Assembly (NCBI GenBank): GCA_031366795.1
Contig: JANLOX010000348.1
Coordinates: 1-12,849 of the forward strand
Reading direction: 5' to 3'
Source: Candidatus Eiseniibacteriota bacterium
GTDB lineage: Bacteria > Eisenbacteria > RBG-16-71-46
DNA: 12,849 bases
The translations under genes and the position numbers were made by a program. Position 1 is the stretch's first letter; each line of letters opens with the position of its first letter. Of this stretch, positions 7,602 to 12,849 are shown in pieces. The notes under the pieces were generated by a model. It was not told where the DNA came from, did not search any database, and saw only the letters and a list, made by a program, of their open reading frames with translations.

Positions 7602-8324
7602 GTGATCGACGAACTGCAACGGCTGTGGAAGCTTCGCGACCTCGATGAAGTCGCGGTGTCGGCCAAGGCCGCGCTGGCGAAGTATCCCGAGCAGAAGGGT
7701 TCGCTCGAGGGCAAGGTGAGCGCCGAGAAGGCGCGGCTCGCGACGCACGCGAAGACCGCCGACGAGTTGCTCAAGGCGCGGCGCAAGCTCGAGCAGGACA
7801 TTGAGGCGGTGACGGTGCAGCAGCGGCAGTTCGAGAGCCGTCAGCCCTCCGTCAAGACGAACGAAGAATTCCGAGCCTTGAACCTCGAAGTCGGGGTGTG
7901 CAAGAGCAAGCGCTCCGAGCTCGAGACGCAAGTGCTGGTGCGCTTCGAGGAAGAAGAGGCGCTGTCCAAGCAGAAGCCGTTGCTCGAGCAGGCGCTCAAG
8001 GAGGCCGAGGCCGAGCGCGCCGAGCGGCTCAAACAGATCGAGGCCGATGAAGCGCAGGCGACCGCGCGCCTCACAAGCATCGAGACCGAGCGTTTGGTCG
8101 AGCTGAATGCCCTGCCGCCGGCGACCAGGTCGCGCTATGAGCGGATCCTGGTGTCCCGCGAGGGGCGCGCCGTCGTGCCGGTGATCAAGAACGCGTGTGG
8201 GGGGTGTTACCGCGGCCAGCCGCCGCAGGTCTTGCAGCAACTGCGGCGCGCCGATCGTGTGCTGCTGTGCGAGGGTTGCGGCCGGATCATGGTGCTGGCG
8301 CCGGAGGAGTTGGGGCCGGCTTAG
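7602..8324 (+). CDS. C4-type zinc-ribbon domain coiled-coil protein (zf-RING_7 / DUF164 family, 240 aa)
   Basis: N-terminal LQRLWKLRDLD, long coiled coil with central VKTNEEFRALNLE, then RYERI...AVVPV...CGGC...CEGCGRIM. The family is commonly found next to RNase HI and rnpB. GTG start after GGGGGGA. Confidence 0.9.
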   Translation: MIDELQRLWKLRDLDEVAVSAKAALAKYPEQKGSLEGKVSAEKARLATHAKTADELLKARRKLEQDIEAVTVQQRQFESRQPSVKTNEEFRALNLEVGVCKSKRSELETQVLVRFEEEEALSKQKPLLEQALKEAEAERAERLKQIEADEAQATARLTSIETERLVELNALPPATRSRYERILVSREGRAVVPVIKNACGGCYRGQPPQVLQQLRRADRVLLCEGCGRIMVLAPEELGPA

Positions 8325-8347
8325 GTCGCGGCGCTGAATCGCCACGC

Positions 8348-8377
8348 TTGAGTGGGGTGTGATCGCTGCCTTATGGT
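8348..8377 (+). promoter_or_regulatory. Putative sigma70 promoter giving a leaderless rnhA(-rnpB) transcript
   Basis: TTGAGT (8348-8353), 18 nt, TATGGT (8372-8377), then 6 nt to the ATG at 8384. Confidence 0.55.
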
Positions 8378-8383
8378 GGGCGG

Positions 8384-8797
8384 ATGGACACCATTCCAGC
8401 ATGGAGCGTGCATTGCGACGGCGGTTCGCGCGGTAATCCCGGGCCAGGTGCTGCGGCCTACGTGCTGCTCGATCCGCAGGGCGCCGAGGCGGAAGCCCGC
8501 GGCGAATATCTTGGCGCCGTCACCAACAACGTCGCCGAGTACCGCGCCCTGATCGGTGGCCTGCGCGCCGCGATCCAGCATGGCGCGCCGGCGCTCAAAG
8601 TGTACATGGACTCGGAACTCGTCATCCGCCAGATGCTCGGCGAGTACCGGGTGAAGAATGCGGGACTCAAACCCCTGCATGAGGAAGCGCGTCGCGAGGC
8701 GGCGCGGATCAAGCGCGTCGACTACCACGCGGTGCGGCGCGAAAAGAACACGCACGCGGACCAGTTGGTCAACGAGACACTGGACCGCGCGAGGGAA

Positions 8798-8815
<18 letters not shown>
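8384..8815 (+). CDS. rnhA: Ribonuclease HI (143 aa)
   Basis: All four acidic catalytic motifs are present: CDGGSRGNPG, TNNVAEY, MDSELV, NTHADQLVN. Confidence 0.93.
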
Positions 8816-9182
<367 letters not shown>

Positions 9183-9187
<5 letters not shown>

Positions 9188-9208
9188 GCATCATCGGAGC
9201 ATCATCGG
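9183..9208. repeat. 11-bp tandem duplication TCGGAGCATCA x2 plus partial TCGG
   Basis: TCGGAGCATCA at 9183-9193 and 9194-9204, TCGG at 9205-9208. Confidence 0.9.
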
Positions 9209-9239
9209 GCGGCCGGCGCCGAGCACGCGCCGGCCGCCC
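9207..9239. other. Strong GC hairpin downstream of rnpB, no U tract
   Basis: 13-bp perfect stem GGGCGGCCGGCGC / GCGCCGGCCGCCC with a 7-nt loop; no T run on either side. Confidence 0.75.
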
Positions 9240-9275
9240 CGCCATCCCGCCTCACGGAGCCCCAAGGAGAAGCTA

Positions 9276-10985
9276 TTGATCGCTCCATTTATAGCGCCGC
9301 AGTGGGTGGTTCACCCGCGCGCCGACATCGAACGGGCGAAGGCCCTGGGCGTCGAGTTGGGCATCCCGCTGCTGGCGGCGCAGTCGCTGGTGACCCGCGG
9401 CGTGACGGACACCGAAAGCGCGCGGCTGTTTCTCGATCCCTCGCTCGACCAGCTGCACGACCCGTTCCTGCTTAAAGGCCTGGATCTCGCGGTGGAGCGC
9501 ATCGAGCGCGCGATTCGCGACCAGGAGCCGGTGCTGATCTTCGGGGACTACGACGTGGACGGCATCACTTCGACGTACTTGCTGACGAGCGTGCTGCGCT
9601 CGCTCGGCGCGCGCGCCGAGTACCGGATTCCGCACCGCACGCGGGACGGCTACGGCCTGTCGATCGAAGCGATCGACAAGGCGCATGCGGCGGGGACCAA
9701 GCTGGTCGTGACGGTCGATTGCGGCATCACCGCGGTCGAGCCGGTGCGCAGGGCACTCGAGCTGGGCATCGACACCGTGATCACGGACCATCACGAACCC
9801 GCCGCGGTGTTGCCCGAAGCGCGCGCCATCGTCAACCCGCACCAGCCGGATTGCAACTACCCGTTCAAGCAACTCGCGGGTGTGGGCGTCACCTACAAGC
9901 TCGTGCAGGCGTTGTTGCGCGGCGGGACGAGTCCCAAGGCGACGGACTATCTCGACATCGTGGCGATCGGCACGATCGCCGACGTCGTACCGCTGGTGGG
10001 CGAGAACCGCATTCTGGCGCGCGCGGGTCTTGCGCGCATCGCAGGCACGCCGCGGCTGGGCTTGCGCGCACTCATTGAAGTCGCGGGCTTGAGCGGCCGC
10101 GAGATCACCAGCGCACATGTGGCGTTCGTGCTGGCGCCACGCATCAACGCCGCCGGACGGATGGGCAACGCCGAGCAGGGCATGCACCTGCTGTTATCGC
10201 GCGAGGCTGATGAGGCGCGTGCCTGTGCCGAGAGTCTCGAAGAGGACAACCAGCGCCGCCGTGAGGCCGATGAGCAGGTGCTGATCGAAGCCTCGGACCT
10301 GGTGACGCGCGAACTCCACTGGCCGGACTGCTCCTCAATTCTATTGTGGTCGGACCGCTGGCATCCCGGCGTAATCGGCATCGTCGCCTCGCGCCTGGTT
10401 GAACGCTACCAGCGCCCGACCGTGCTGGTGGCGATCCAGGGTGAACGCGGTCGCGGCTCCGGCCGTAGTCTGCCGGGGCTCGACCTGAACGCGCTGCTCA
10501 CGCAGTGCTCCGACCTGCTCGATGCACATGGCGGCCACGCCTTCGCGGCCGGGCTCACTGTGCGCCCGGACCGCCTGCCGGCATTGCGCGAGCGCCTCGA
10601 GGCGCTGGTGCGCGAGCAACTTTCCGCAGACCGCTTCGTGCCGCGGCTGATGATCGATGCTGAGGCGCGGCTCGGCGAGTGCAACATGCCGCTGATCCAA
10701 TGCCTCGAGCGCATGTCGCCGCACGGGCTCGACAATCCCGAGCCGGTGTTCGCTGCCCGCGGGGTGACGCTCGAAAACCTAACGACCGTCGGCGGCGGCA
10801 AGCACCTGAAGGTCCGGCTGCGCGATGCCACCGGCGTCGCCGAGGCGATCGGCTTTGGCCTCGCGGAGCGCGCCGCGGGGGTGCGGGCCGGCAGCATCGT
10901 GGATGTGGCGTTCGTGCCCTCACGCAACGAGTGGCGTGGTGAGACGCAGGTGCAGCTGCGACTGAAAGACCTGCGCGCGCAATGA
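9276..10985 (+). CDS. recJ: Single-stranded-DNA-specific exonuclease RecJ (569 aa)
   Basis: DHH family motifs GDYDVDG, IPHRTRDGYG, VDCG, TDHH, LAGVGV, GTIADVVPLVGENR, APRINAAGRM, GSGRS, GGHAFAAG, and a C-terminal OB fold. TTG 9276 follows AAGGAG (9264-9269). The track start at 9138 lies inside rnpB. Confidence 0.96.
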   Translation: MIAPFIAPQWVVHPRADIERAKALGVELGIPLLAAQSLVTRGVTDTESARLFLDPSLDQLHDPFLLKGLDLAVERIERAIRDQEPVLIFGDYDVDGITSTYLLTSVLRSLGARAEYRIPHRTRDGYGLSIEAIDKAHAAGTKLVVTVDCGITAVEPVRRALELGIDTVITDHHEPAAVLPEARAIVNPHQPDCNYPFKQLAGVGVTYKLVQALLRGGTSPKATDYLDIVAIGTIADVVPLVGENRILARAGLARIAGTPRLGLRALIEVAGLSGREITSAHVAFVLAPRINAAGRMGNAEQGMHLLLSREADEARACAESLEEDNQRRREADEQVLIEASDLVTRELHWPDCSSILLWSDRWHPGVIGIVASRLVERYQRPTVLVAIQGERGRGSGRSLPGLDLNALLTQCSDLLDAHGGHAFAAGLTVRPDRLPALRERLEALVREQLSADRFVPRLMIDAEARLGECNMPLIQCLERMSPHGLDNPEPVFAARGVTLENLTTVGGGKHLKVRLRDATGVAEAIGFGLAERAAGVRAGSIVDVAFVPSRNEWRGETQVQLRLKDLRAQ

Positions 10986-12849
10986 TGCCTGACGAAGGCG
11001 GGACCCTGCACCCCGAACTTCGCGCCACCCTGCTTGCTGCCCTCGATGAACGCGATGCGAAGGTCGACCGCGACCGCATCGCCGCCTGCTACGACTTCGC
11101 TGCCCAGGCGCATGGCGGGCAGGTACGCCAGTCGGGCGAGCCCCACATGGCGCACGCGGTGGCCGTGGCGCTGCTGCTGGTCGAGTTGCTCGATACGCGC
11201 GCCGACACACCGATCCTGTGCGCCGCGGTGATGCACGATGTCGTCGAAGACACGGACGTCACCGAAGCGGATGTCGAGAAGCGCTTCGGTCACGAGGTCG
11301 CCACGCTGGTGGAAGGCGTCACCAAGCTGTCGGGAATGCACCTCGAGCATCGCGAAGCGGCGCAGGCGGAGAACTTCCGCAAGATGCTGCTGTCGATGTC
11401 GCGCGACCTGCGCGTCATCTTCATCAAGCTCGCCGACCGGCTGCACAACATGCGCACGATTCACTTCCTGCGTCCCGAGAAACAGCAGCGCATCGCCCTC
11501 GAGACGCGCGAGATCTACGCGCCGCTGGCGCACCGGCTCGGGATGGCGCGCATCAAGCGCGAGCTCGAGGACCTGAGCCTCAAGGTGCTGGACTCAGCGG
11601 CGTTCGACGACTTGACACGGCGGATCCAGGCGAAACAGGAGGAGCGCGAGGCATTTCTCAGCCGTGTGCAGGCGCGGCTCGAGGAAGGGCTCAAGGCGGC
11701 GGGGATCAAGGCCGAGGTGAGTGGCCGCCCCAAGCACTTCTACTCGATCTACAACAAGATGAAGTCGGGCCGCGAGCTCGAGGCGATCTACGACTTGTTC
11801 GGCCTGCGCATCATTACGCACACGCGCAATGACTGTTATCGCGCGCTGGGTGTGGCGCACGACCGTTTCACGCCGGTCGCCGAGCGCTTCAAGGACTACA
11901 TCGCTACCCCTAAGAGCAACCTCTACCAGTCGCTGCACACCACGGTGAGCGCGGACGAGGGCCGGCTGGTCGAGATCCAGATCCGCACGCGTGAGATGCA
12001 CCGCACCGCCGAGACGGGTGTGGCGGCGCACTACGTCTACAAGCAGGGCGGCGGGCCAGTCGATGAAGAGCTCGACGCCAAGCTCGGGCACTTCGTGGCG
12101 CAGACCGCGGATTGGCAGCGCAACGCGACCGACGACGAGTACATGGATTTCCTGCGCACCGCGCTCTACCAGGAAGAGGTGTTCGTCTACACGCCGCGGC
12201 GCGAACTCAAACGTTTGCCCAAGGGCGCCACGGCCCTCGACTTCGCCTTCGCCGTGCACACGAAGGTGGGAGAGCGCACCGTGGGCGCGCGCGTCAACGG
12301 CGAGCTGGTGACGCTGCGCTATGAACTGCGCAACGGCGACACGGTCGAGATCATCACTTCGCCGCAGGCGCAACCGCACGAGGGCTGGCTACAGATCCTG
12401 CGCACGGCGGGCGCCAAGAACAAGGTGCGCCACTGGCTGCGGTCGCGCCGCCAGGCGGACAGCGAGCACCTCGGCCGCGAGATGCTGGAGCGCGAGCTCA
12501 AGCGGCATCGCGTCGAGCCCACGGATGCGCAGGTGAACGAAGTGGCACTCGGGCTCGGGCTCACCGACAGCGAGCAGTTGTACGCGCGGTTGGGAGAGGG
12601 GCAGTTGTCGCTGACCTCGGTGGCGCGCAAGTTCCTGCCCGAAAAGGAAGGGCTCGCCGAGCGCCTGACCAAGGCTCCGCTCGAAGCGCTGGGGCTGACG
12701 AAGCGCGCCACGGGCGGGGTGCGGATCCAGGGGCTCGACAATGTGATGCTGAGCTTCGCGCGCTGCTGCCAGCCGGTGCCGGGCGATCCCGTCATCGGCA
12801 TCGTGACGCTGGGGCGCGGCGTGTCGATTCACCGCCAGGACTGCCCCAA
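10982..12849 (+). CDS. rel: Bifunctional (p)ppGpp synthetase/hydrolase Rel (RelA/SpoT family), 3'-truncated by window edge
   Basis: Hand translation from ATG 10982 (ATGA overlap with the recJ stop; second ATG at 10985): hydrolase HDVVEDT, EGVTKL, IKLADRLHNMRT, YAPLAHRLG; synthetase GRPKH, DLFGLR, RFKDYIATPKSNLYQSLHT, EIQIRT; TGS ATALDFAFAVHT..VNG; ZFD FARCCQPVPGD...IHRQDCP. Not in the ORF track because there is no stop codon in the window. Confidence 0.97.
   Translation, partial: MMPDEGGTLHPELRATLLAALDERDAKVDRDRIAACYDFAAQAHGGQVRQSGEPHMAHAVAVALLLVELLDTRADTPILCAAVMHDVVEDTDVTEADVEKRFGHEVATLVEGVTKLSGMHLEHREAAQAENFRKMLLSMSRDLRVIFIKLADRLHNMRTIHFLRPEKQQRIALETREIYAPLAHRLGMARIKRELEDLSLKVLDSAAFDDLTRRIQAKQEEREAFLSRVQARLEEGLKAAGIKAEVSGRPKHFYSIYNKMKSGRELEAIYDLFGLRIITHTRNDCYRALGVAHDRFTPVAERFKDYIATPKSNLYQSLHTTVSADEGRLVEIQIRTREMHRTAETGVAAHYVYKQGGGPVDEELDAKLGHFVAQTADWQRNATDDEYMDFLRTALYQEEVFVYTPRRELKRLPKGATALDFAFAVHTKVGERTVGARVNGELVTLRYELRNGDTVEIITSPQAQPHEGWLQILRTAGAKNKVRHWLRSRRQADSEHLGREMLERELKRHRVEPTDAQVNEVALGLGLTDSEQLYARLGEGQLSLTSVARKFLPEKEGLAERLTKAPLEALGLTKRATGGVRIQGLDNVMLSFARCCQPVPGDPVIGIVTLGRGVSIHRQDCP

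Noticed and set aside
7457..7648. 63-aa ORF as a possible leader peptide across the structured spacer
   Set aside because: No SD, no informative codon run, and it crosses the terminator and overlaps the next gene out of frame.
7029..8402. 457-aa minus-strand ORF spanning both tRNAs
   Set aside because: Antisense to rpoD, two intact tRNAs and the zinc-ribbon gene; it includes the typical translated-tRNA artefact sequence GGRNRARTCDPLVV.

Overview
High-GC bacterial core-genome window with every real gene on the + strand: 3' end of rsmE, then a sigma70 promoter driving an extended macromolecular-synthesis operon (rpsU, cvpA-family membrane protein, mutS2, dnaG, rpoD), two tRNAs (CAT, probably Ile2, and Val-CAC), a structured ~150-nt spacer ending in an intrinsic terminator, a C4 zinc-ribbon/coiled-coil protein (zf-RING_7/DUF164), RNase HI, the RNase P RNA (rnpB, type A), recJ, and a bifunctional rel (RelA/SpoT) that runs off the right edge. 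rsmE and rel are absent from the ORF track because they are truncated, and several track ORFs have wrong starts (rpsU, cvpA, dnaG, rpoD, recJ). I see no mobile element, CRISPR array, defence system or foreign gene, so I cannot support a claim of a new biological system. The points worth checking are regulatory: cvpA has no canonical start codon for its conserved N-terminus (probable CUG reinitiation at the rpsU stop); the rnhA stop codon lies inside the RNase P RNA, on an apparently leaderless transcript; an unexplained structured RNA with a terminator sits 17 nt before the zinc-ribbon gene; tRNA-Val has an atypical A32; and an 11-bp tandem duplication overlaps the rnpB 3' end.
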